A stretch of 64,000 bases of DNA, from assembly GCA_963677495.2 (NCBI GenBank), contig CAXXOU010000004.1, positions 1,216,001 through 1,280,000 on the forward strand, given 5' to 3'. Numbering within the stretch: position 1 is the first letter of the stretch; each line of letters starts with the position of its first letter. A program made the translations under genes and the position numbers. The DNA comes from Candidatus Cloacimonadales bacterium (GTDB lineage Bacteria; Cloacimonadota; Cloacimonadia; Cloacimonadales; JAFGVF01). Positions 50,210 to 60,764 of this stretch are shown here, in pieces. The notes below the pieces were generated by a model. It was not told the origin of the DNA and did not search any database. It worked only from the letters and a program-made list of their open reading frames with translations.

Positions 50210-50659
50210 TTGAAATTTGTTGAAATAACAAATGAAAATTGGGAAGAAGTGATTAGATTAAGACCTAAAGTTGAACAAAATGATTGTTTAAGGACAGATA
50301 TCGCCTTGCATTCGTTAGCTAGGGCCTATGTGCAGAAAGATAGACCAGATAGGTTAATCCCATATGCTATTGAAGAAAACGGGCAACTGATTGGAATGTT
50401 TCTTCTGAGAAATTATGGAATAGGATGTAACTTAACAAGTTTCTTTATTGACCATAATTTTCAAGGAAAGGGATTTGGAAGAGCAACCATGAATATGTTT
50501 ATCTCTTATGTAAAAGCAAACTATCCACATTCAGAGGAAATAGAACTTGCTGTTTCACCATGCAACAAGATTGCTGAGAGCTTATATTTGAGTCTAGGGT
50601 TTGAATATACCGGGCAAAAAACAAAGAAGGGGAATCTTTATATGGAGTTACATTTCTAA
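50210..50659 (+). CDS. GNAT family N-acetyltransferase
   Basis: FQGKGFG motif A; N..A..LY..LGF. Confidence 0.88.
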   Translation: MKFVEITNENWEEVIRLRPKVEQNDCLRTDIALHSLARAYVQKDRPDRLIPYAIEENGQLIGMFLLRNYGIGCNLTSFFIDHNFQGKGFGRATMNMFISYVKANYPHSEEIELAVSPCNKIAESLYLSLGFEYTGQKTKKGNLYMELHF

Positions 50660-50833
50660 TCATCAATATCTAAGATACTGCTATTAACAATCTCTAAATG
50701 CTCATTATTCCTTATAGTTCCAAACCTATCGACACTTCTTACAAATGCCTTAACATAAATACCTTGTATAATGATTGAGTAACAACATTGAAACCTGAAG
50801 CTCTATTAGCTACCTATATTATTACTTTCATAA

Positions 50834-53497
50834 TTATACTCGTGCTTTATATATATCCTTTTTGAACTGTAAGGTCCATTTTAAACCGTTTTGATTTTCA
50901 AAAGATAACTTCCCATCAAGTTGATGGCTTCCTAACATGTTCACTAAGTTAAGCCCTAGTTTAGAACCTTTATTCAAATCAAAACCATTTTTTAAACCAA
51001 CCCCATCATCAGCAATTGAGATGCTAATAGAGTCATCTTCATCCAACAATGATATCATTAATTTACCGGTTCGTCGGTCAGGCCAAGCGTGTTTAAACGA
51101 ATTAGTGATTAACTCATTAATTATCAATCCTAGTGGAGTCGCAACATCCAGTAGAACAAAAGTATCATTCATATCATATTCAATATTGACTTTATTCATT
51201 TTACTTGAGTAACTTAACAATATTTGGTCCGCAAGTTCATATATATATTCTTTGAGATTTATCCTTGATAGGTCATTGGATTGATACAGTTTCTGATGAA
51301 CAAGAGCCATAGATTTAACTTTGAATTTTATATCATTTACTACTCTTTTTAAATCATCGTTTTGGAACTGCTCTTCAATCATATAGAGCAAGGAAATGAT
51401 AATCTGCATATTGTTCTTTGTTCTGTGATACAATTCTTTAATCAGAACATTTCGCTCATCTAAATCTTGTTTTATCCTATTCTGAGCATCTTTTATCTCT
51501 GAAATATCAACAATAAAACTTTCATAATAAGCTGTACCCTTTAGTGGGTCTCTTTGAATCTTAGAAGTTAATAGTACCCATATAGGTTCACCGGTCTTTT
51601 TTTTAAATCTGATCTCTGTATTTTGAATGCCATTACTACAGCTTAAGGAGAGTTTCTTTAACAACTCTTCTCTTTCGCTTTCATCGTAGTAAATCGCACT
51701 TTCATTCATTTGCATCAACTCATCAATACTTGAAAATCCTAATATTTGTGCAAAAGCATCATTAGCCAGAATGAAATCACCTTCATTGGTCGTTTGATAA
51801 TAACCAACAGGTGCTAGTGTGATAATTTCTTTGTATAGTTTTTCTTTTTGTTTTGCTTCTTCCTCAGCTAGTTTGCGTTCAGTAATATCCAAAATCATTC
51901 CATTAGCGTATTCTATCATGTTAGGGTCATCTTCATAAGGAATCCCATTAGAACGAATATCCAGCCATCTCAAACCTTTTTGAGGGTGATTATAGCGCAG
52001 TTCAATACTAAGTTTATAAGGTGGCTTCATCCCATCCTCGTTTGCCTTTAACATGGCCGGAAGGTCTTCTCTATTGACATAGGAGAACCATTTTTCAAAC
52101 ATATGACTATCTTCTTCTTTCACACCCAATACTTCCATAAAAGAGGGACTTACTTGGATTACTTCTATCTGTCCGTTATCTCTGTTCAGGCGAGTACGAT
52201 AAATCACATAACCTACAGGGTTTTCTACAAGAGAACGGAGATCTCTTTCATTACGCTTGATATCAATATCTGCTTGAATACGCTTAGTAATATCATAGTT
52301 TGTGCCAATCATATAAATCGGGTCACCATTATCATTACGCAAAACCACACCATCCGCTTTAATCCATCGAATAGATCCATCATGCCAAACAACCCTAAAC
52401 TCTATGTCATAGGTGTTCTCACCTTTTAATGCTTTGCTAACTGCTTCTTCCGCTACTACCCTATCATCCGGATGCAAACAGCTCTGCCAAAACTCATAAG
52501 TTAGTTCATTGGGAATTTCAACAATTCCATACAAATCAAAGATTCGCTTATCCCAGAACATACTATTTTGTTCTATATCCCAGTCCCAGATTCCCACTCC
52601 AGCAGCTTTTGTGGCTATAGAAAGTCTTCTCTCCCCTTTTATCAAGTTTCTTTCAGCTTGTTTCTGATTTGTAACATCGTTCAATGTTACAATCAGATTT
52701 CCGGTAATGAACTGAGCATATAACTCACATACTCTAACAGAACCATCTTTGCATGTGATTTTATATTCACCGGTATTTAAAGGTTCACCTGTTTCCTTTG
52801 CTTTCTCAAGAAAGTGTTTCCAACGATCAACAACTTCACTTCTGTATTTGGAATCCGGATAGGCTAATTCATACCATTCTTTGGCAGTCTTAGGCTTATG
52901 TTCAAACAAATCTATAGCACTTTTACTCCAAAACAGTATGCTTTCATTATCTTTATCCACCACAGCAACAGGGAAAGGACTATTATTAAGTATAGAGCGT
53001 ATTCTATATTCACTTTCCTCCAGTTTCTCTTGATTTGCTTTCAGTTTTTCTTCGCTTGCTGCAAGTTTTTGAATAGTTGTCTTTAATTCTTGCTCGTATT
53101 CCTCTTTTTGAATAATCTCTTTTTGGACTTCAAAAGACCTCTTTATTGCCGGTTCCAATTTAAATAACTTGTCCTTGATTATATAATCCCATGCCCCATG
53201 GTGTATACAGTTTACAGCTACTTCTTCACTCAGTGCACCCGTTACAATTATCACTGGGATCTGTGGGCAAATCTCCTTGGCAATTTTTATAACTTCCAAG
53301 CCATTCTCCGGGCCTAAATTGTAATCAGACAGGATGATATCAGGTTGAAACGATTTTACAGTTTCAGTAAAACCTCCAACTGATTCTAATATAACATGTT
53401 CGTATTGCTTGAATATTTTCTTGAGTTCAATCAGAAGTAATTCTGCGTCAAATTGATTATCTTCTAAAATCAATATCTTATAGTTTTCATAACTCAT
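50834..53497 (-). CDS. Hybrid receiver-PAS-HisKA_2 histidine kinase
   Basis: N-terminal receiver (LED, SDY), several PAS/PAC domains, ELYHRTKNN, DDGVG; likely start ATG 53497. Confidence 0.9.
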   Translation of the reverse strand: MSYENYKILILEDNQFDAELLLIELKKIFKQYEHVILESVGGFTETVKSFQPDIILSDYNLGPENGLEVIKIAKEICPQIPVIIVTGALSEEVAVNCIHHGAWDYIIKDKLFKLEPAIKRSFEVQKEIIQKEEYEQELKTTIQKLAASEEKLKANQEKLEESEYRIRSILNNSPFPVAVVDKDNESILFWSKSAIDLFEHKPKTAKEWYELAYPDSKYRSEVVDRWKHFLEKAKETGEPLNTGEYKITCKDGSVRVCELYAQFITGNLIVTLNDVTNQKQAERNLIKGERRLSIATKAAGVGIWDWDIEQNSMFWDKRIFDLYGIVEIPNELTYEFWQSCLHPDDRVVAEEAVSKALKGENTYDIEFRVVWHDGSIRWIKADGVVLRNDNGDPIYMIGTNYDITKRIQADIDIKRNERDLRSLVENPVGYVIYRTRLNRDNGQIEVIQVSPSFMEVLGVKEEDSHMFEKWFSYVNREDLPAMLKANEDGMKPPYKLSIELRYNHPQKGLRWLDIRSNGIPYEDDPNMIEYANGMILDITERKLAEEEAKQKEKLYKEIITLAPVGYYQTTNEGDFILANDAFAQILGFSSIDELMQMNESAIYYDESEREELLKKLSLSCSNGIQNTEIRFKKKTGEPIWVLLTSKIQRDPLKGTAYYESFIVDISEIKDAQNRIKQDLDERNVLIKELYHRTKNNMQIIISLLYMIEEQFQNDDLKRVVNDIKFKVKSMALVHQKLYQSNDLSRINLKEYIYELADQILLSYSSKMNKVNIEYDMNDTFVLLDVATPLGLIINELITNSFKHAWPDRRTGKLMISLLDEDDSISISIADDGVGLKNGFDLNKGSKLGLNLVNMLGSHQLDGKLSFENQNGLKWTLQFKKDIYKARV

Positions 53498-53962
53498 ATT
53501 CCCATCCTCGCAAATTAGGTAAGGTTTCGTAGCATTTTCACACATTATATCTCATAAAATGATAATTACGTATACTCCTGTGTGTAATTTGTATCAAATA
53601 CAATAGATTTAGTCAATCTAATATTTCGATTATGTTTGAAAAGAAAATGAGATTTCTCAATTAAATTATGGTGCTTTCTCGACAGCCAAGCTCAGATTCG
53701 TAGTCTAATCATAACCTTGGAGTAAAGTATTGTAGTTAGACTTAATTTATCCTTCAAAGGTCATTATGAAGCACTACTAAACAGCACTGTAAAAGATTAT
53801 CTTCAGTTAATTTCGATAAAGTTGTTTATAATTCAACTGTTTCAAATATAAAGAATTTTTACGAATCATACTAGGCATTATAATCCTGTGCAAGATCTCA
53901 TTATCATCCCGGTTCCAGGTTCTATCCATGCCCCCGATTAAAAATATGCTTTAACGCTTGAA

Positions 53963-54048
53963 AAAGTTATCCACGCAATGTGGATAACTTTGGCCTTCGC
54001 CAAGGAGGGTCCTTGGTGGCTCCTTGGTGGTTCCTACTTGGTTCCATG
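53963..54048. repeat. Inverted DnaA-box-like pair followed by an 11-bp-phased CCTTG-type array
   Basis: AAAG-TTATCCACG-CAA-TGTGGATAA-CTTT at 53963-53991; CCAAG/CCTTG/CCTTG/CCTAC/CCATG at 54000, 54011, 54022, 54033, 54044. Confidence 0.72.
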
Positions 54049-54199
54049 TTTTTGATTGGGAGCAATAAGGGGTTAATAATGCTAAATGCTAAATGTAAAA
54101 GATAGGGTATAAAATATTAACTATTGACAGTATTAAATTAAATCCTTAATTATGAATTATATTCATGTAGTTATCTGTAAAGTAATTGTTGGATGGTAA

Positions 54200-55648
54200 A
54201 TGATGAATGCAAATGATGTAAATAGAGACGACATTAGCGAAGAAAAAAAATCATTATCTAATGATTTATCTATTTCAGATATTGAAGTTTTGCTCAACAA
54301 CTCTGAAACTGCCTATATCCTTATAAATGGAGATCTAACAATTCAAGCTTTTAACCGCAAAGCGAATCAAAACTCCCTTATTGTGTATGGGAAAGAATTG
54401 CAAGTAGGCAAATCTATGATTGATTTTACAATACAAGGTACAGAGGAAGACTTTCAAAAAGATTTTTATAGCTGCCTGCAAGGTAGAACAATTCGTGTAG
54501 ATTTTGGGACCCCGTCTGATAATCCAGTTTTTTGGTTTGATTTCCGTTACAATCCTGTCATAAATAGCTCAGGAAATATAGATAAAGTGCTTTTTTCTGT
54601 TAATGATATAACTGAACGAAAAATCGCTGAGATTAAATTAAAAGAGAGCGAAGAAAGGTTTAAGGCTTTACATAACGCCTCTTTTGGTGGTATAGCCATT
54701 CATGATAAAGGAATAATTCTTGAATGTAACAAAGGATTATCAGAAATAACAGGTTATTCCCAAAGTGAATTGCATGGAATGGATGGTCTTCTGCTTATTG
54801 CTCCACAAACTAGAGATTATGTTATGGATAAAATAGTTTCCCATTATGAGAAGCCATATGAAGCTTTGGGTATCAAAAAGGATAAAACAGTATATCCTCT
54901 TAGATTAGAAGCAAGAGAAATCCCATATATGGGAAAGACAGTCAGAGCAGTTGAATTCAGAGATATAACAGAAGAGAAAGAAAAAGAAGCAGAAATAAAG
55001 AAAGCACTTAAAGTTAAAGAAGCACTTTTAAGAGAGCTTTATCACCGAACTAAGAACAACATGGGTGTAATCTCCGCTATTCTTTTAATCAATTCAGAAA
55101 GAACAGATGACTTACAAACCAAAAATGTTTTACGAGAGATTAATAACAAAATTGAAGTCATGGCATTGGTACACCAAAAGCTCTACCAGGCTCAAGATCT
55201 AACTAATATTGAACTTGATAAGTATATTAGAGACTTAACTGAGTTGATTGTTAGTTCCTATGGAAAACTCTCAAATGACATAACTGTTAATTATAATTTA
55301 AGTGATGTTCAGATGTCAATTGATTATGCTATTCCCTTAGGATTAATTATTGCTGAGTTGATATCTAACACCTTGAAACATGCTTTTCCTGAGAACAATA
55401 ATGGAGTTATTGATATTTCGCTTAGAAATCAAGATAATAATGACCTTATATTTACCTACTCTGATAACGGAATCGGACTAGAAAAAAGCATAAACCCTAA
55501 ATTCAACGGCTCAATGGGTTTCACATCAATATATGCAATAGCAGAAGGGCAACTAAATGGAGAAGTTAGTGTAAATACAAATATGGGATTAAGTTGGACA
55601 ATAAAATTAAAGAATCTATCATCAACTGAGAGAGTTTATAATGAATAA
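54200..55648 (+). CDS. PAS-PAS-HisKA_2 histidine kinase
   Basis: Two PAS domains, ELYHRTKNN, DNGIG. Confidence 0.9.
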   Translation: MMNANDVNRDDISEEKKSLSNDLSISDIEVLLNNSETAYILINGDLTIQAFNRKANQNSLIVYGKELQVGKSMIDFTIQGTEEDFQKDFYSCLQGRTIRVDFGTPSDNPVFWFDFRYNPVINSSGNIDKVLFSVNDITERKIAEIKLKESEERFKALHNASFGGIAIHDKGIILECNKGLSEITGYSQSELHGMDGLLLIAPQTRDYVMDKIVSHYEKPYEALGIKKDKTVYPLRLEAREIPYMGKTVRAVEFRDITEEKEKEAEIKKALKVKEALLRELYHRTKNNMGVISAILLINSERTDDLQTKNVLREINNKIEVMALVHQKLYQAQDLTNIELDKYIRDLTELIVSSYGKLSNDITVNYNLSDVQMSIDYAIPLGLIIAELISNTLKHAFPENNNGVIDISLRNQDNNDLIFTYSDNGIGLEKSINPKFNGSMGFTSIYAIAEGQLNGEVSVNTNMGLSWTIKLKNLSSTERVYNE

Positions 55649-56006
55649 GACAATACTGATTGTAGAAGATGAAGCTTTAATAGCGATGTTACTGAAAATT
55701 ATGCTTGAGAAAGAGGGATATCAAATCTGTGGTAGTTTTGCTAAGGGTGAAGAAGCAGTAGAATTTGTCAAAACATCAAGTCCTGCTTTAATATTAATGG
55801 ATATAAACTTAGCCGGGACTATCAACGGGATTGAAACTGCAAGAAGTATAAAGACTATTTCAGATATCCCCTTGATTTTTATGTCCGGTTATCATATCTC
55901 AGATTATCAAGAGGAGATAGACAAAATAAAACCGATAACCTACCTAACCAAACCGATTCGATTTGCTGATTTAAAACCATATCTAGAACAAGTTTTTAAT
56001 GAATAA
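55641..56006 (+). CDS. Single-domain response regulator
   Basis: IVEDE, LMDINL, KP; overlaps the kinase stop. Confidence 0.92.
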   Translation: MNKTILIVEDEALIAMLLKIMLEKEGYQICGSFAKGEEAVEFVKTSSPALILMDINLAGTINGIETARSIKTISDIPLIFMSGYHISDYQEEIDKIKPITYLTKPIRFADLKPYLEQVFNE

Positions 56007-56337
56007 ACTAGATGCATACTAATCTAGTTATACAATTCAGAAATACCCACATGAATAAATTCATAAAGTGAATTTAAATCTCTCTTAGTTCAGACTTGTG
56101 ATTCTCTTCTGAAAGATATTAAAGATTTAACTGGGTTAAGTCACTTTTTGTTTTGAAACAACAATGATTGAAGTATACTTCCATGGAGGTGTGTCCCTTT
56201 ATAACTTTAGTTTACATCTAACTCAGACTGTATACTCAATTTATTGATTATCCTAAAAAAGAATCTTCATTTATAACTTGCCTACATTCAAATGAAACTC
56301 AATTAGTTCTTCAACAGAATATGTCAGGAGTTTCGTT

Positions 56338-56925
56338 ATGGACAAACATAAGGTAGTTAAAGTAGGAGTTATACACGGGAGATTCCAGCTATTGCATCTG
56401 GAACATGTTGAATACTTACTAGCAGCAAAGCAACGATGTGAGTTTCTGTATATATGTATTACTAATATAACCCCTCTTCTCTCCAAACAGTTTGAAGGAG
56501 ATTTAAATCGTACAAGCCTGAAAGCAAATCCCTTTACTTACTATGAACGATTGGATATGGTAAGAGATGCCATGCTATCACATGGAATCCCAAGAAATGA
56601 GTTTGAGATTGTACCTCTCCCCATCCGATATCCGGAGACTTATAGCTCTTTTGTCCCCTTAGATGCAACTTTCTATACATCAATCTACGATGATTGGGGG
56701 CGTAAAAAAGTTGAAATATTTAAAGCTCTACACCTCAAAGTTGAAGTCTTATGGGACCGAGATATTAGTGAGAAAAAAATATCAGGTAGCTATGTCAGAG
56801 ACCTAATTGCACATGATAATGAGTGGAAACATCTTGTTCCTAAATCAACTTATGATTATGTTATTAACAACAATTTGGTGCAAAGAATCAGAGATACTTT
56901 TGGAGTAGATCAGGATAGTGAGTAG
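56338..56925 (+). CDS. NMN adenylyltransferase-like nucleotidyltransferase
   Basis: HGRFQLLHLEH, NPFTYYER, ISGSYVR, W..LVP. Confidence 0.8.
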   Translation: MDKHKVVKVGVIHGRFQLLHLEHVEYLLAAKQRCEFLYICITNITPLLSKQFEGDLNRTSLKANPFTYYERLDMVRDAMLSHGIPRNEFEIVPLPIRYPETYSSFVPLDATFYTSIYDDWGRKKVEIFKALHLKVEVLWDRDISEKKISGSYVRDLIAHDNEWKHLVPKSTYDYVINNNLVQRIRDTFGVDQDSE

Positions 56926-59148
56926 TGAACTCGAAAGACTCAGAAAATAGAATAAAATCCTACGAAAGATGCTTGGCTTGACTGATGATGAAGTAATCGA
57001 TGACTCTAGCTCTAATTTAGTTAACATCAACAGCCCAGTAGAAGAAAAGATAGCTCTATTTAGCTTATTATTCAGAGGACGTAAGGATGTATATGCAGTA
57101 CGGTGGGAAAGTAAACAGGGAAAGTCAGGTTATTCGCCTGTTTGTTTGAATCGTTGGAACAAGTCTAAATGTGCACTCCCAAAGATTAAGTGTGCAAATT
57201 GCAGCTATACAGAGTACTCCCCTATCACTGACAAGGTTGTTTTCAATCATCTCTCCGGAAGCTTTGTTATGGGGCTTTATCCCCTAAGTAAAAAGAATCA
57301 ATGCTGGTTTCTGGCAATTGACTTTGATGAAAGTACTTGGCGAGATGATGTACTAGCAACACAACAAACTTGTACGAATCTTAACGTACCTTCCTATATA
57401 GAAATCTCCCGCTCTGGGCATGGAGCACACTTATGGATATTCTTTTCAATTGCAATCCCTGCTGTAAGAGCAAGAGAATTAGGAGCTCATATCATTAAAA
57501 CAACCCTTCAATCCGGTAATATGCTGAATCTAAAATCATATGATCGTATGTTTCCGAGCCAAGATGAACTAATGAAAGATGGGTTGGGAAATCTAATTGC
57601 TTTACCTTTACAGAAAAATGCTAGGAATCAAGGCTACTCTGTATTTGTTTCCAGAGACTTCAAAGTCTATCCTGATCAGTGGGCTTTTTTATCCAATGTT
57701 AAGAAGATTACTCCCGAGCAATTAAAGAATGCATTAAACATTATCCCAAATAGTATTAGTGATTTGAAAAGGAACGATGAACCTGCCAAGATTGTGATTG
57801 CTAATCAAATCTATATCTCTAAAGATTGTTTACCTAAAAGTGTTTACTACAAACTAATACAATTAGCATCATTCAGTAATCCTGAATTCTATATCGCACA
57901 AGCTAGTAGAAGATCGACTCATAATATTCCCAAGTTTATTAATTGTAGTACTAACTACCTAAATTCAATATCCCTTCCATCCGGTCTACTTTTCAAAGTA
58001 ATGGAGTTGCTCAAAAGTAATAGGATTGAGTTTACTCTTCTAGATAATCGCTTTGAAGGAAATAGAATCAACATCGAGTTTATTGGTGAGTTAGTTGATA
58101 GTCAAAAGAGGGCAAGTTCAAAAGTCTTGTCAAAAAAATGGTAGTTCTATGTGCTTCAACAGGCTTTGGTAAAACCGTTGTTGCTATTTCAGTTATTGCT
58201 TCTAGAAAGGTTAATACTCTTATTCTGGCTCATAGGAAAGAACTTCTTGAACAGTGGATAGAGAAACTCAACGTATTCTCTGAATTAGATGAGATTGGTG
58301 TAATTGGTCAGTCAAAAAGAAGACTTACACATATTGTGGATGTTGCAATGATACAAAGCCTACGTAGAATGGATTCATCTGACTTTGATAAGTACGGGCA
58401 AATAATAGTAGATGAATGTCATCATATTGCTGCATATTCTTTCGAAAGTATTTTAAAGAAGTTCAGTTCCAGATACATAGTTGGATTAACTGCAACTCCA
58501 AAACGTAAAGATGGATTACATCCAATAATATATATGCAATGTGGAGATTTGATTAGTTTCAGTTCTTCTCATTTCCATTTTACACCCATGTATCTAATCA
58601 AAAGAGAAACTTCATTCTTTTCAAATGAAAAGAGCTTAAAACATGCTCAACTAATATCCGAAATGGCTTCCAATGAAAAGCGAAACTATATGATATTCGA
58701 AGATGTTATTGATGCATTAGAGCGGAAAAGATATCCAATCATTCTTACTGAGCGACTAAACCATGTAAATGCACTTGCTACAATTTTTAGTAAGACATGT
58801 AAGAACTTGATAATTATCAAAGGTGGAATGAGTAAAAAACAACGACAAGAACTTAAAACGACGCTTAAATCTATTCCTGATGGTGAAGAAAGGTTGATTA
58901 TAGCAACTGGGAAATATATAGGAGAAGGTTTTGATTATCCAATATTGGACACATTGTTTTTAACTATGCCAATATCCTGGAAAGGAACGCTACAACAATA
59001 TGTAGGCCGTTTGATGAGAAACTACAAGAATAAAGACTCGATTGAAGTATATGACTATGTTGATGTTGAAGTTCCTAAACTTACTAAAATGTATGAAAAG
59101 CGTTTTAGAGCTTATAGAAGTTTAGGTTTTACTGTAGAGAAAGAGTGA
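56918..59148 (+). pseudogene. Archaeo-eukaryotic primase-like (TOTE-type) + SF2 DEAD/DEAH helicase fusion, interrupted
   Basis: FLAIDFD, EISRSGHGAHLW, LIALPLQ in 56969-58144; STGFGKT, DECHH, TATP, QYVGRLMR in 58138-59148; in-frame TAG at 56948 and a frame change at the A7 run 58132-58138. Confidence 0.7.
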
Positions 59149-59150
59149 AT

Positions 59151-60020
59151 CTACACAATATGTAAACTATTCTTAGTTACTTCCACAAACATCTCTTTGC
59201 ACCAAGCTTCGATCTCTTTAGATTCATGGATAAATGGTATGACATCCTGTTTAGCTTGTTCAAAATCTACTTCATTGAATCGTCTTATTAGAAGTTCATT
59301 TAAAACTTCTTGAGTAAGTCTTTTATTAAGTTTGAGATGCCCACTTTGCTTCATGCGTGATTCTAGATGCATAATATTGAGCTTTATTCCCTTACTTAAG
59401 TACCATATATAATCATAGAAATCTCTTCCTTTAACTCGACTACCCCAACTTCGACATAACAAGGCATGTACTTTTCCTGCAAAAAGAGAATCCAAAGTAT
59501 AGGTTTTAACTGAGAAAGCGATTGGATTCAGATGATACTTGTTCTCGAATGTGGCACCTTTCGGTGGGTTGATATCAACTTCAAGCTTTATCTTTATCAA
59601 CTCATCTGAATGAATGCTTTGGATTAAACTGTCAGATGGAACAATACGTAAAAGATGAACTTTGGTTCCACCCTTTATAAACGCAGTTCTTATATTTGAA
59701 TTTTGAGATTTGCTTTTTTCAATGACCTGCATATCAAATCCGAAAGAGCCTAATTCGTCTTTTACGTACTTAGAATACTTTGAAAGAGTAAAATCAGTAT
59801 CAGGATGAATCAGACTAAAATCCAAATCCTCTGAGAATCTATTCAATCCATAGAATATTCTTAAACACGTACCACCGTAAAAGGTAGCATAATTAAAGAA
59901 TCCGGAACGATACAAACCTAGTAGTGTAACTTCTTGAACTATCTCTTTGATAGCATGCTTTCTGTCCTCAAGATTCTTCAATTCATACTTCTCAAGCATA
60001 GACATTATACCACTATGCAT
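59151..60020 (-). CDS. AbiEii-family nucleotidyltransferase toxin (type IV TA)
   Basis: FYGGTCLR..YGLNRFSEDLDF, K.HA, RDFYD. Confidence 0.92.
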   Translation of the reverse strand: MHSGIMSMLEKYELKNLEDRKHAIKEIVQEVTLLGLYRSGFFNYATFYGGTCLRIFYGLNRFSEDLDFSLIHPDTDFTLSKYSKYVKDELGSFGFDMQVIEKSKSQNSNIRTAFIKGGTKVHLLRIVPSDSLIQSIHSDELIKIKLEVDINPPKGATFENKYHLNPIAFSVKTYTLDSLFAGKVHALLCRSWGSRVKGRDFYDYIWYLSKGIKLNIMHLESRMKQSGHLKLNKRLTQEVLNELLIRRFNEVDFEQAKQDVIPFIHESKEIEAWCKEMFVEVTKNSLHIV

Positions 60021-60606
60021 ATATGAACTCCTTCAAATGCCATTCTGCAAACTTAATGCAAATGCGTTTCCTATACAGTTTAGCTAATGTAACAAGTGTC
60101 TGGGAGTTCAGGGATGCAACTCTATCCATATCGACGCGTAGGTCTGACTCAAGTAGCTCATGAAACTTGACATCAGCATTCTTAATTCGTGATAACTTAT
60201 CCAAAACCGCCTTCTCCGGAGTTGCTATTAAAAAACTATAATCACCTTCACTAGTGACAATTACTTCTAAGGGATATGCCTTTTCAGGGACATGGTAATA
60301 ATGAAAAGCTCCAATTGGTGTATTAAATATCTTGTTTTTATTCTTTCCATAAGATGCACATGTAATAGTTTTTACCTGTTCAGGAATCAATCCGTAATAA
60401 CTGAGAGCAGACTCAAAACTAACATAGGAAGGGCCATAAAGAATACCTGATATTGCTTTTAAAGAGTAATTCTGTTCATTACCTGGGATATATAATCCAC
60501 GCTTGATTTGAATGAGTTCTTCACTCTTTATCATTCTAGTTAGCTTCGACTTTGGAGAAGCGTACTCTTTTAATTCTTCTTTTAATCCAAGTGAAGTAAT
60601 TATCAT
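60013..60606 (-). CDS. AbiEi-family antitoxin
   Basis: IKRGLY wHTH, PSYVSFESALSYYGLIPE, ATPEKAVLD. Confidence 0.9.
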   Translation of the reverse strand: MIITSLGLKEELKEYASPKSKLTRMIKSEELIQIKRGLYIPGNEQNYSLKAISGILYGPSYVSFESALSYYGLIPEQVKTITCASYGKNKNKIFNTPIGAFHYYHVPEKAYPLEVIVTSEGDYSFLIATPEKAVLDKLSRIKNADVKFHELLESDLRVDMDRVASLNSQTLVTLAKLYRKRICIKFAEWHLKEFIYA

Positions 60607-60608
60607 TA

Positions 60609-60654
60609 TTCCTCCAATAAGTACAACTTATTCATACTTACTGGAGGAAGTCAA
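60609..60654 (-). promoter_or_regulatory. Putative AbiE promoter/operator inverted repeat
   Basis: 15-bp arms 60609-60623 and 60635-60649 match 14/15; they overlap the GGAGG RBS and abut a TTGACT -35-like hexamer. Confidence 0.65.
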
Positions 60655-60764
60655 GTATTTTGTATTATTAATGCTATAGATAATATTTGACAGTCTTAAT
60701 TGCTTTTTGAATCATGAGCAAGAAACGAATATAAGGAAAGCTTTATTACATAAAGAGTTACACT

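Noticed and set aside
50834..55648. LOV photoreceptor kinases
   Set aside because: No GxNCRFLQ-type motif in any PAS domain
56948..56950. Pyrrolysine or genetic-code readthrough of TAG
   Set aside because: TAG is an ordinary stop for many genes here (e.g. nusB, manA), no pyl genes are in the window, and a GAG-to-TAG point change is simpler
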